This document shows, piece by piece, positions 1 through 7,798 of a stretch of DNA of 29,406 bases. The stretch lies in contig QMNP01000001.1 in the NCBI GenBank assembly GCA_003647825.1, positions 1 through 29,406 on the forward strand. Direction: 5' to 3'. Each line of letters begins with the position of its first letter. The first letter of the stretch is position 1. The translations under genes were made by a program, and so were the position numbers. The notes under the pieces are model-generated. The model made no database searches. It was given only the letters and a program-made list of their open reading frames with translations, and was not told where the DNA came from. Source of the DNA: Candidatus Cloacimonadota bacterium. Lineage in GTDB: Bacteria; Cloacimonadota; Cloacimonadia; Cloacimonadales; TCS61.

Positions 1-1
1 C

Positions 2-361
2 ATGTATCAACGCAGCAAGATCCAGGAAGAATCGATGCATTATGAAATGATGAAACTTTCCGGTGAGCTTCCCATAATGGGAGTAAATACATTTATCTCT
101 TCCAAAGGTTCTCCAACTATCTTGCCGGGAGAAGTTATCAGGGCTACTCCAGAAGAAAAAGAATATCAGATCAATATGTTGAAAGAGTTACATGAAACTC
201 AAAAAGAGAATGTAGAAGTGGCTTTGCAGAAACTGAAAAAATGTGCTTCCAGCAATGGAAATGTATTTGAATCTATGATGGAAGCAACAAAAGTTTGTTC
301 GATTGGACAGATCACGAATGCCTTATTTGAAGTTGGTGGTCAATACAGACGGAATATGTAA
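2..361 (+). CDS. icmF: C-terminal fragment of an adenosylcobalamin-dependent acyl-CoA mutase, fused isobutyryl-CoA mutase (IcmF) type; 5'-truncated by the window edge
   Basis: YQRSKIQEES..YE..K.SGELPI.GVNTF and the terminal LFEVGGQYRRNM match the C-terminus of IcmF-type mutases as I recall it. The N-terminal B12-binding and MeaB domains lie outside the window. Confidence 0.75.
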   Translation: MYQRSKIQEESMHYEMMKLSGELPIMGVNTFISSKGSPTILPGEVIRATPEEKEYQINMLKELHETQKENVEVALQKLKKCASSNGNVFESMMEATKVCSIGQITNALFEVGGQYRRNM

Positions 362-396
362 ACAAAAGATAAATATAAATAAAATGAGGTAAGAAT

Positions 397-1542
397 ATGG
401 ACTTTTTATTCAACGATGAACAACAAATGATAATTAACGAAGCCAAGAAATTTGCTAAGAACGAATTGGAACCATTTGCCGAAGAACTGGATGAAAAAGG
501 ACTTGTGAATGAAGCAGCGATCAAGAAATTAGGTGAACTTGGATTTCTGGGCATGACCATTCCAGAAGAATACGATGGATTTGATAGTGGGATTGTTGCT
601 TATGCCGCAACAATGGTGGAACTTAGTAAGGGAGATGCCGGAACAAGTGTATGTGTTACAGTACAAAACTCTCTGGTTAATGATGCAATAGTTTATTATG
701 GTACAGAAGAACAAAAAAGAAAATATCTTCCTAAACTGGCTACTGGTGAGTATATAGGCTGTTTTTCTTTAACAGAACCTAATTCTGGTAGTGACCCGGG
801 TTCTCTTCAAACGTCTGCTATACGTGAAGGGGATAACTTCATACTAAATGGAACCAAAAATTTTGTTACCAATGGAGCCTTCGCACAGTTAGCATTAGTA
901 TTTGCTCAAACTCATCCAGAAATGGGATCAAAAGGAATTTCCGCCTTTCTGATAGAAATTGGAACTCCGGGATTTGAGATTGGGAATCATGAGAATAAAA
1001 TGGGAATTAGATCTTCAAGTACAACAGAATTGATTTTCTCAGATTGTAAAATTCCAGCTTCCGCTTTGATTGGAACAGAAAACAAAGGTCTAAGCATTGC
1101 ACTGGGTACATTAGATGGCGGTAGAATTGGTGTAGCTGCTCAGGCTATCGGAATTGCCGAAGCTGCCTTTGAAGAAGCTGTAAAGTATTCAAAAGAAAGA
1201 GTACAATTTGGCAAAACGCTTTCCAGACAGCCGATAATTGCCTACAAACTGGCCGATATGGCCATGGAGATCGAACTTGCAAAAACATTGCTTTTCAAAG
1301 TAGCCTGGATGAAAGAAACACACCAGCCAAAATATACAAAAGAAGCTGCCATGCTGAAGTGTTTTGCAGCAGAAATGTCACACAGAGTGTGTCATGCTGC
1401 GGTTCAGATCCATGGCGGATACGGTTACATAAAAGAGAATAAAGTAGAGCGGCTTTACCGAGATCAACGAATTACAGAGATCTATGAAGGTACTTCTGAA
1501 ATTCAGAGACTGGTGATCTCGCGAGCAGTTTTAAGAGATTAG
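397..1542 (+). CDS. Short-chain (butyryl-CoA-type) acyl-CoA dehydrogenase
   Basis: Motifs FSLTEPNSGSD, LNGTKNFVTNG, ENKMGIRSS, TLDGGRIGVAAQA, ERVQFGK, QIHGGYGY and IYEGTSEIQR (catalytic Glu); RBS GAGGT at 386-390. Confidence 0.95.
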   Translation: MDFLFNDEQQMIINEAKKFAKNELEPFAEELDEKGLVNEAAIKKLGELGFLGMTIPEEYDGFDSGIVAYAATMVELSKGDAGTSVCVTVQNSLVNDAIVYYGTEEQKRKYLPKLATGEYIGCFSLTEPNSGSDPGSLQTSAIREGDNFILNGTKNFVTNGAFAQLALVFAQTHPEMGSKGISAFLIEIGTPGFEIGNHENKMGIRSSSTTELIFSDCKIPASALIGTENKGLSIALGTLDGGRIGVAAQAIGIAEAAFEEAVKYSKERVQFGKTLSRQPIIAYKLADMAMEIELAKTLLFKVAWMKETHQPKYTKEAAMLKCFAAEMSHRVCHAAVQIHGGYGYIKENKVERLYRDQRITEIYEGTSEIQRLVISRAVLRD

Positions 1543-1556
1543 ACTTTGAGGTTATA

Positions 1557-2324
1557 ATGGAATATAAAATATTGAAATTAGCTGTTGAAAATAATGTTGG
1601 GATTATCACAATTTCACGTCCGGAAGCTCTCAATGCTCTAAATACAAATTTCTTTAAAGAAATGGATTCATTATTAGATGATATAGAAGAGAACGATGAT
1701 ATTTATGTCGTTGTAATTACTGGTGAAGGAAAAGCATTTGTTGCTGGAGCAGATATTGCCGAAATGTGTGATAAAACTCAGCAGGAAGGATACGACTTCT
1801 CCAAATATGGACAGTTTGTATTCGATAAGATCGAAGCACTTTCCAAACCAGTGATAGCAGCAGTTAACGGATTTGCGCTGGGCGGCGGCTGCGAACTTGC
1901 CATGAGCTGCGATTTCCGTATTGCCAGCAGCAAAGCCAAATTTGGCCAGCCTGAAGTGAATCTGGGACTTACTCCCGGTTTTGCCGGAACACAAAGACTT
2001 TCCCGTCTTATCGGTTTGGCAGATGCTCTCTACCTGCTTTATACAGCCGATATGATAAAAGCAGATGAAGCCTTCCGACTGAAGTTAGTACAGAAAATTG
2101 TAGAACCGGAAAGCCTGATGGATGAAACTCTGGCAATTGCAGCAAATATTATTTCCAAAGGTCCGGATTCAGTGAAATTGATCAAGCGAATGACACGAGA
2201 CGGTTTCAATACCGATTTTGCTTCGGGTTGTGAAATGGAAGCAGAAGGTTTTGCTTCACTTTTTGAAAAACAGGGTGCAGAAGGAATGAAAGCATTCCTG
2301 GAAAAACGAAAACCAAAATGGTAG
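1557..2324 (+). CDS. crt: Enoyl-CoA hydratase (crotonase)
   Basis: RPEALNALN, FVAGADI, AVNGFALGGGCELAMSCDFRIA and FGQPEVNLG; both catalytic Glu residues are present. Confidence 0.93.
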   Translation: MEYKILKLAVENNVGIITISRPEALNALNTNFFKEMDSLLDDIEENDDIYVVVITGEGKAFVAGADIAEMCDKTQQEGYDFSKYGQFVFDKIEALSKPVIAAVNGFALGGGCELAMSCDFRIASSKAKFGQPEVNLGLTPGFAGTQRLSRLIGLADALYLLYTADMIKADEAFRLKLVQKIVEPESLMDETLAIAANIISKGPDSVKLIKRMTRDGFNTDFASGCEMEAEGFASLFEKQGAEGMKAFLEKRKPKW

Positions 2325-2329
2325 ATATA

Positions 2330-2368
2330 CTTTCCGAATGGTCGATTTGTGTGAGAAACTTCGGAAAG
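2330..2368. repeat. Inverted repeat CTTTCCGAA-N21-TTCGGAAAG, REP-like; a related half-site lies at 27311-27327
   Basis: Perfect 9-bp arms. AAACTTCGGAAAGGTTTT (from 2356) is the near reverse complement of AAAACCTTCCGAAGTTT (27311-27327). Confidence 0.55.
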
Positions 2369-2478
2369 GTTTTAGAATAAATCTGAGACTCTTCATAAGG
2401 TTAAATGAAAGAATTCCTCAGAGAGACAGATTTGATTTGGTATTTATACGAGATAAAATAGATAGGAGAAATTAAACA

Positions 2479-3816
2479 ATGAATTATGCTGAAAGACTAC
2501 AAAATGTGACGGTTTTGGGTGCGGCTGGAAAAATGGGCAGCGGAATTTTGCTGCTCACGGCAATTGAAATGGTCGATCTTAGTCTGCTTCCTGAAAACAA
2601 AGACAAGAGCTTCTTTTTAAATGCTATGGATATCTCAGATGAAGCTTTATCCGGTTTGATGAAGTATCTGAAGGTTCAAGTTCAAAAACTGGCAGAAAAG
2701 AAAACTGTATGGTTGCGGAAAATGTATTCAGATCGAAAAGATCTAATTGAAAATGGTGAGATCATCGACCAGTACGTTTTTGATGTGTTGAGTGTGGTTC
2801 GTCCGGTTACCTCTCTGGAGCCGGCTTACAAATCTAATCTTATCTTTGAAGCTGTGGCAGAAAATGCTGATCTGAAAATTAAAATATTTAAGCAGATTGA
2901 TGCTAACAATCCTGATAAACCCTGGTTCTTCACCAATACGTCCTCGGTTCCTATTACTAAATTGGAAACTGAAGCTGAACTTAAAGGACGCATTTTAGGA
3001 TTTCATTTCTATAATCCACCCGCAATTCAAAAGCTTGTGGAACTTATCCTTACTGAAAATACTGCAAAAGAAACTGAAGAATTTGCTTTAGCATATGCAA
3101 AAAAGCTTCGTAAAAAAATCGTTTATTCCAATGATTTTGCCGGATTTATCGGTAACGGTCATTTCATGCGTGATGCACTTTATGGAATTAACAAAGCTTT
3201 GGAATTGGTAGAGAAAGAAAATATTAGTTTCCCTGAAGCGGTATATATTGTTGATAAGATCAGTCGAGATTTCCTGATTCGACCAATGGGTATTTTTCAA
3301 TTGATCGATTATGTGGGTGTGGATGTTTGCAGTTTCATTATGGGTGTGATGAATCCATATTTGGAAGACGAAGATCTATACAGTCCTGAACTGCACAAAT
3401 TGTTGGAACAAGGTGTGAAAGGCGGTCAATTCTCCAGTGGTGCTCAGAAAGATGGTTTCCTGAAATATGAAAAAGGTCGGCCGGTCGCAGCTTATGATTT
3501 TAAAACCCAGAAATATGTAGATTATGCTGACATCCAAGCTAAATGTGATGCCAAAATTGGTGCTGCTCCAGCATCTTTGAAACCATGGAAAGCGGTTAAT
3601 TTCAATAAGCAAAAAGCTGCAATTCTGAAAGATTATTTTGCGGAATTGAATGGAACTGATTCTTTCGGTGGGAAGTTGGCAATCGAGTATCTAAAAAATT
3701 CTAAAGATATCGGTAAGAAGCTGGTAAATATGAATGTAGCCAGATGTGACGAAGATGTGAATACTGTACTTTTAACTGGTTTCTATCATGCCTACGGGCC
3801 AATAAATAATTATTAA
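2479..3816 (+). CDS. 3-hydroxyacyl-CoA dehydrogenase family protein, extended (445 aa)
   Basis: Rossmann VTVLGAAGKMGSG, EAVAEN, TNTSS, GFHFYNPP (catalytic His), GFIGN and RPMGIFQLIDYVGVD; RBS AGGAG. Confidence 0.9.
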   Translation: MNYAERLQNVTVLGAAGKMGSGILLLTAIEMVDLSLLPENKDKSFFLNAMDISDEALSGLMKYLKVQVQKLAEKKTVWLRKMYSDRKDLIENGEIIDQYVFDVLSVVRPVTSLEPAYKSNLIFEAVAENADLKIKIFKQIDANNPDKPWFFTNTSSVPITKLETEAELKGRILGFHFYNPPAIQKLVELILTENTAKETEEFALAYAKKLRKKIVYSNDFAGFIGNGHFMRDALYGINKALELVEKENISFPEAVYIVDKISRDFLIRPMGIFQLIDYVGVDVCSFIMGVMNPYLEDEDLYSPELHKLLEQGVKGGQFSSGAQKDGFLKYEKGRPVAAYDFKTQKYVDYADIQAKCDAKIGAAPASLKPWKAVNFNKQKAAILKDYFAELNGTDSFGGKLAIEYLKNSKDIGKKLVNMNVARCDEDVNTVLLTGFYHAYGPINNY

Positions 3817-3830
3817 TAGGGGATGATATA

Positions 3831-5072
3831 ATGAAAAAACTAAGAAGAAAAATATATATGACGGCTGGTTACAATACGATTTCCCTGGGAACCGGAAGAA
3901 AAGAATTCAATCCTAAGAAACCTCGACCGGGCTTGGAACATTACCTGAAGGAAGCAGGTAAAGCAACTTTGAAAATGATCGGAGGAGCAGATAACGTAGA
4001 TGAAAGCGTAGTGGGAAATTTCATGGCGGCTCGATTTAATAAACAAGGTCATACTGCCGCATTTGTGCCGATGATCGATGAAAAACTGCGTTATAAACCA
4101 TCAATTCGTGTGGAAGGAGCTTGTGCGTCCGGAAGCCTGGCTTTAGCAACTGGCATCAAATCTATTCTAGCTGAAACTGCTGAAGTTGTATTATGTCTTG
4201 GCGTGGAAGTTCAAAATACCATGAAAGCGATTTATGGGGCGGACGTTCTGGCAGGTGCTGGCTGGTATCAAAAAAGAAAAGAAGGCCATGCCTATTTTTT
4301 CCCGGGACAATTCAGCGATAGAGCTGGAGCCTATTATGAAAAATATGGAAAAGAGTATGCCAGAAAAGGAATGGCTACCTGGTATAAAAATGCTGTTGAA
4401 AATGCACGGCTTTGTCCTACTGCACAGGAATATCATAACAAAACAGAAGATTTGATGGCTGTTGGCCTTACAGAACCAAATGGTAATTTCTTTGTAGATA
4501 ACCTGAGTGTATATGATTGTTCCAAAGTTTCCGACAGCGCCAGTGCAATAGCTATCATGTCTGAAGAAGGTTTAAAACGGTGTGGTATCGATAAAAAAGA
4601 TGCTGTGGAAGTTATTGGTTATGCTCAATGTGAAGAAGATCTTACTCAGGACCCAGGAGATCTGACTGAATTAAGTACAATCAAACATGCTGCCCATCAG
4701 GCCTTGGAAAATGCTGAGATCACCATTGATGATCTGGGAACCTTGGAGTTGCACGACTGTTTCTCCATTGCCGGATTGCTCACCATGGAAGCACTTGGTT
4801 TTGCCGAAAGAGGAAAAGGAGCACAGTTTATTGCTGATGGAAATACAGCCAGAGATGGTTTGATTCCTACCAATACAACAGGTGGTTTAGTTGGCTGGGG
4901 ACATCCAACTGGTGCAACTGGTGTTCATCAGGCAGTTACAATCTGGGAACAGCTGACTAGTAAAGCCGGAGATGCTCAGATCGAGTTAAAGGAAGAAAAA
5001 CCTTACGGTATGACTATCAACATGGGTGGAGATGATAAAACTGTGGTTTCGATCGTTTATAAAAGAGCATAA
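3831..5072 (+). CDS. Thiolase, SCP2/type-II (HDCF) subfamily
   Basis: ACASGS (nucleophile Cys), LHDCF in place of NEAF, WGHPTGATG, and INMGG in place of CxG. Confidence 0.9.
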   Translation: MKKLRRKIYMTAGYNTISLGTGRKEFNPKKPRPGLEHYLKEAGKATLKMIGGADNVDESVVGNFMAARFNKQGHTAAFVPMIDEKLRYKPSIRVEGACASGSLALATGIKSILAETAEVVLCLGVEVQNTMKAIYGADVLAGAGWYQKRKEGHAYFFPGQFSDRAGAYYEKYGKEYARKGMATWYKNAVENARLCPTAQEYHNKTEDLMAVGLTEPNGNFFVDNLSVYDCSKVSDSASAIAIMSEEGLKRCGIDKKDAVEVIGYAQCEEDLTQDPGDLTELSTIKHAAHQALENAEITIDDLGTLELHDCFSIAGLLTMEALGFAERGKGAQFIADGNTARDGLIPTNTTGGLVGWGHPTGATGVHQAVTIWEQLTSKAGDAQIELKEEKPYGMTINMGGDDKTVVSIVYKRA

Positions 5073-5095
5073 TCAATTAAGATGCAAATATTATG

Positions 5096-5128
5096 AAAGC
5101 GGTACTTTGTTGTGCCGCTTTTGTTTTG
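5096..5128 (+). terminator. Intrinsic terminator closing the icmF/beta-oxidation cluster
   Basis: AAAGCGGTAC-TTTGTT-GTGCCGCTTT stem with one G-U pair, followed by TGTTTTG, 24 nt after the thiolase stop. Confidence 0.8.
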
Positions 5129-5225
5129 ACTTCATACTGCTGTCCTTCTCCTAATTCGCTACACGGGAGCAGGAACATAAGAAAAAAAAAGTAGGATTTG
5201 AGGTTAAACAAAGTCTTATATTCTT

Positions 5226-5248
5226 GTTACGAAGTTTGTCTTCGTAAC
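5226..5248 (-). repeat. REP-like palindrome GTTACGAAG-TTTGT-CTTCGTAAC (loop reads ACAAA on the minus strand)
   Basis: Perfect 9-bp stem sharing the AAG-ACAAA-CTT core with the copies at 27341 and 28749. Confidence 0.65.
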
Positions 5249-5259
5249 GCTAAATATTA

Positions 5260-5322
5260 GGTTCCCAAGACCAGTCTTTGTTTAAATTACGACCTGACAG
5301 GCAAACTTGGGAACCAGAATTA
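5260..5322 (+). repeat. REP-like palindrome GGTTCCCAAG...CTTGGGAACC-AGAATTA carrying a 31-bp insertion in its loop
   Basis: Identical to 27341-27372 apart from CAGTCTTTGTTTAAATTACGACCTGACAGGC inserted after GGTTCCCAAGAC. Confidence 0.75.
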
Positions 5323-5339
5323 GATTTGAGGAAAATAAT

Positions 5340-6281
5340 ATGAACAATAGGATCACAAAATTATTTGGTATTAAATATCCGATAATCCAGGGTGGAATGA
5401 TCTGGTGCAGCGGAGCTAAACTGGCTGCAGCTGTAAGTAATGCCGGTGGACTCGGTCTTATAGGAGCTGGTTCAATGTATCCGGATATTTTACGAGGACA
5501 TATTAAAAAATGCAAAATTCTTACAGATAAACCTTTTGGTGTGAATCTGCCACTTTTAATGGGAGACGCTGAAGAGAAGATTAACATAATCATTGAAGAA
5601 GGTGTGAAAATCATTTTTACTTCGGCTGGTAGTCCGAAAAAATGGACACCATTTTTAAAAGAAAATGGCCTAAAAGTTGTTCATATTGTGGCCGCATCAA
5701 AACACGGTATTAAATGTGAAGTTGCAGGAGTTGATGCAATTGTAGCAGAAGGATTTGAAGCTGGTGGGCATAACGGCAGAGAAGAAACTACAACCATGTG
5801 TTTAATCCCAAAAATTACCCAGGAAGTTAACATTCCGATAATTGCTGCTGGTGGAATTGGTAGTGGTAGAGCTATGGCAGCAGCTTTCGCTTTAGGGGCG
5901 GAAGCTGTGCAAATAGGATCCCTGTTCGCAGCCAGCAAAGAGTCATCTGCTCACAAAAACTTTAAACAAAAAATTATCGAATCAAAAGAAGGCGAAACGC
6001 TGTTGATGCTGAAAAAACTTGCTCCTGTTCGACTTTTGAGCAATGCTTTTTCCTTCGAAGTTTTCGAACAGGAATCAGGCGGAGCATCCAAAGATGAACT
6101 TAAAGAACTTCTCGGAAAAGCAAGAGCAAAGCGTGGTATGTTCGAAGGTGACCTGCTGGAAGGTGAACTGGAAATCGGCCAGGTTTCTTCGATGATTGAC
6201 AATTTAAAATCTGCAGGAGAAATTGTAGAGGAAGTTTGGAAAGAATTTCAGGATGTGCTGGAACAATTACCTTATAATTGA
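5340..6281 (+). CDS. Nitronate monooxygenase / FabK-like FMN-dependent enoyl-thioester reductase, paralogue 1
   Basis: GIKYPIIQGGM, AVSNAGGLG, KPFGVNL, GFEAGGHNG and IIAAGGIG. ATG 5340 preferred (RBS GAGG at 5328-5331) over the TTG at 5307, which lies inside a repeat. Confidence 0.88.
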   Translation: MNNRITKLFGIKYPIIQGGMIWCSGAKLAAAVSNAGGLGLIGAGSMYPDILRGHIKKCKILTDKPFGVNLPLLMGDAEEKINIIIEEGVKIIFTSAGSPKKWTPFLKENGLKVVHIVAASKHGIKCEVAGVDAIVAEGFEAGGHNGREETTTMCLIPKITQEVNIPIIAAGGIGSGRAMAAAFALGAEAVQIGSLFAASKESSAHKNFKQKIIESKEGETLLMLKKLAPVRLLSNAFSFEVFEQESGGASKDELKELLGKARAKRGMFEGDLLEGELEIGQVSSMIDNLKSAGEIVEEVWKEFQDVLEQLPYN

Positions 6282-6327
6282 ATTTATTTTGCTTCCGAAA
6301 CATTGAAAATAAAGAAACAACAATCTT

Positions 6328-6445
6328 GATCGTTTTGCTTTTCAAGCCGACTCAAAGAAAAGGTGAGAGTTAGAGATCGTTTGCTCTGCAAGCCGACTCA
6401 AAGAAAAGGTGAGAGTTAGAGATCGTTTGCTCTGCAAGCCGACTC
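6328..6445. repeat. Tandem direct repeat, 46-bp period, about 2.6 copies, immediately 3' of tRNA-Arg
   Basis: CAAGCCGACTCAAAGAAAAGGTGAGAGTTAGAGATCGTTTGCTCTG at 6343-6388 and 6389-6434, a partial copy at 6435-6445 and a degenerate part at 6328-6342. Confidence 0.9.
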
Positions 6446-6450
6446 TTAAA

Positions 6451-6527
6451 TGGTACCCCCGACCCGATTTGAACAGGTGACCTTTTCCTTAGGAGGGAAC
6501 TGCTCTATCCTGCTGAGCTACGGGGGC
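6451..6527 (-). tRNA. tRNA-Arg (anticodon CCT), CCA encoded
   Basis: Minus strand folds as a 77-nt cloverleaf: GCCCCCG TA GCTC AGCAGGATA GAGC A GTTCC CTCCTAA GGAAA AGGTC ACCTG TTCAAAT CGGGT CGGGGGT ACCA. Confidence 0.97.
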
Positions 6528-6540
6528 ACACAATATAGAT

Positions 6541-6572
6541 TCTGAATAATTTTTTGATAGTTCTCATGTCAA
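6541..6572 (-). promoter_or_regulatory. Putative promoter of tRNA-Arg
   Basis: Perfect TTGACA on the minus strand (6572-6567), then N16-17 and (A)TTATTCAG, ending about 15 nt before the tRNA 5' end. Confidence 0.5.
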
Positions 6573-6648
6573 GAATTTGCTGGAAACAAATTTTATTTTC
6601 TTTGACAAAAATCGTTTAAAAGAAGTTCTTCTTTTCGAGGAAAAATTT

Positions 6649-7749
6649 ATGATAGATCTTATTAAAATTCGCCAGGATTTGCATCGGATTCCGGAACTTG
6701 GATTCGAAGAATTCAAAACAACAGCTTACTTGTCTTCAATTTTAGAAGGTATCAATGAAATTACAATTTACTATTTTGATTTCCCCGGAGTTTTAGCTGT
6801 TTATTCTCGTGGTAATGGATCATACAAATTATTTCGCGCAGATATGGATGCATTACCGATCTCTGAAAAAACTAACTGTTCATTTTCTTCGAGACATTCT
6901 GGTAAGATGCATGCCTGCGGACATGATGTTCACATGACAATTTTATTGGGATTAATTGATAAAGTTGTTCATAAAAGAATAAAAGAAAATTTATTGTTTC
7001 TCTTTCAACCAGCAGAAGAAGGTATGGGAGGAGCAGAACGTATTCTAAAAACAGGAATATTGGATAGATTCAAAATTTCTAATGCCTTTGCTTTGCATGT
7101 TTCAGGTTCACTTCCTGTTGGAACTATATCAACTAAACCAGGTATTTTCTTTGCTAATACACAAGAAATTGAAATGAAAATAACCGGTAAAAGTGCACAC
7201 GTAGCCTTCCCTGAACACGGCAGAAATGCTCTTGCTGCAGGAGCAGAATTCTACTTGGAAATCCAGAAAATTGTTAAATCTGAATTCGACCGATCTGATC
7301 CGGTGGTTTGTGAGTTTGGCAAGATGCGGGCAGGAACTGTAATGAATGCTATCGCAGCTGAATGTACTCTGGAAGGAACTATGCGAGCATTTACATTAAA
7401 AAATATGAAACGCATAAGAAAATATATTGAAGAACTTTCGCTTACACTGAATAAGAAATATGATGTTCAATTTCAACAGATATATAAAAGCTTCTATAAA
7501 CAGGTAACTAATGAAAGTGCTTTATATGAAAAGTTAAAATATATAGCTGCAAATTCCGGGTATGATTTTGTTGAAGCTGATGCTGTTTTTACAGGTGAAG
7601 ATTTTGGTTATTATGCAGAAAAATATACCGGACTTCTCTTCTGGCTGGGAGCTAACCAGGGCGAGAAACAAAATCTACACTCACCAAATTTTTTACCGAG
7701 TGAAAAATCCATTGAAATTGGAGTGGATCTGCTCTATAAAATGATATAA
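6649..7749 (+). CDS. M20 family amidohydrolase, N-acetyldiaminopimelate deacetylase (YkuR/DapL)-like
   Basis: IRQDLHRIPELGFEEFKT, FRADMDALP, HACGHD, FQPAEE, GEDF and LHSP. ATG 6649 with GAGG RBS preferred over 6577; TTGACA at 6602-6607. Confidence 0.88.
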   Translation: MIDLIKIRQDLHRIPELGFEEFKTTAYLSSILEGINEITIYYFDFPGVLAVYSRGNGSYKLFRADMDALPISEKTNCSFSSRHSGKMHACGHDVHMTILLGLIDKVVHKRIKENLLFLFQPAEEGMGGAERILKTGILDRFKISNAFALHVSGSLPVGTISTKPGIFFANTQEIEMKITGKSAHVAFPEHGRNALAAGAEFYLEIQKIVKSEFDRSDPVVCEFGKMRAGTVMNAIAAECTLEGTMRAFTLKNMKRIRKYIEELSLTLNKKYDVQFQQIYKSFYKQVTNESALYEKLKYIAANSGYDFVEADAVFTGEDFGYYAEKYTGLLFWLGANQGEKQNLHSPNFLPSEKSIEIGVDLLYKMI

Positions 7750-7778
7750 AAAAAAGCTGCGAGGAAAAACCCGCAGCC
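7748..7778 (-). terminator. Intrinsic terminator for the minus-strand ORF 7799-8095, between convergent genes
   Basis: Minus strand GCTGCGGG-TTTTT-CC(T)CGCAGC followed by an 8-T run. Confidence 0.7.
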
Positions 7779-7798
7779 ATTATAATCTTCTTAAACTC

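Noticed and set aside
5142-5176. Imperfect hairpin GTCCTTCTCC...GGAGCAGGAAC as a separate terminator or ncRNA
   Set aside because: It has several mismatches and sits among repeat relics just after the real terminator; there is no independent support.
6328-6445. Possible mini-CRISPR array (27-nt palindromic repeat, three times)
   Set aside because: The spacers are identical and only 19 nt long, and no cas genes are present; it is a tandem duplication.
6328-6527. tRNA-Arg(CCT) as an integration site with an att duplication
   Set aside because: The repeats do not reproduce the tRNA 3' end, no second tRNA fragment was seen, there is no integrase, and the flanks are housekeeping genes.
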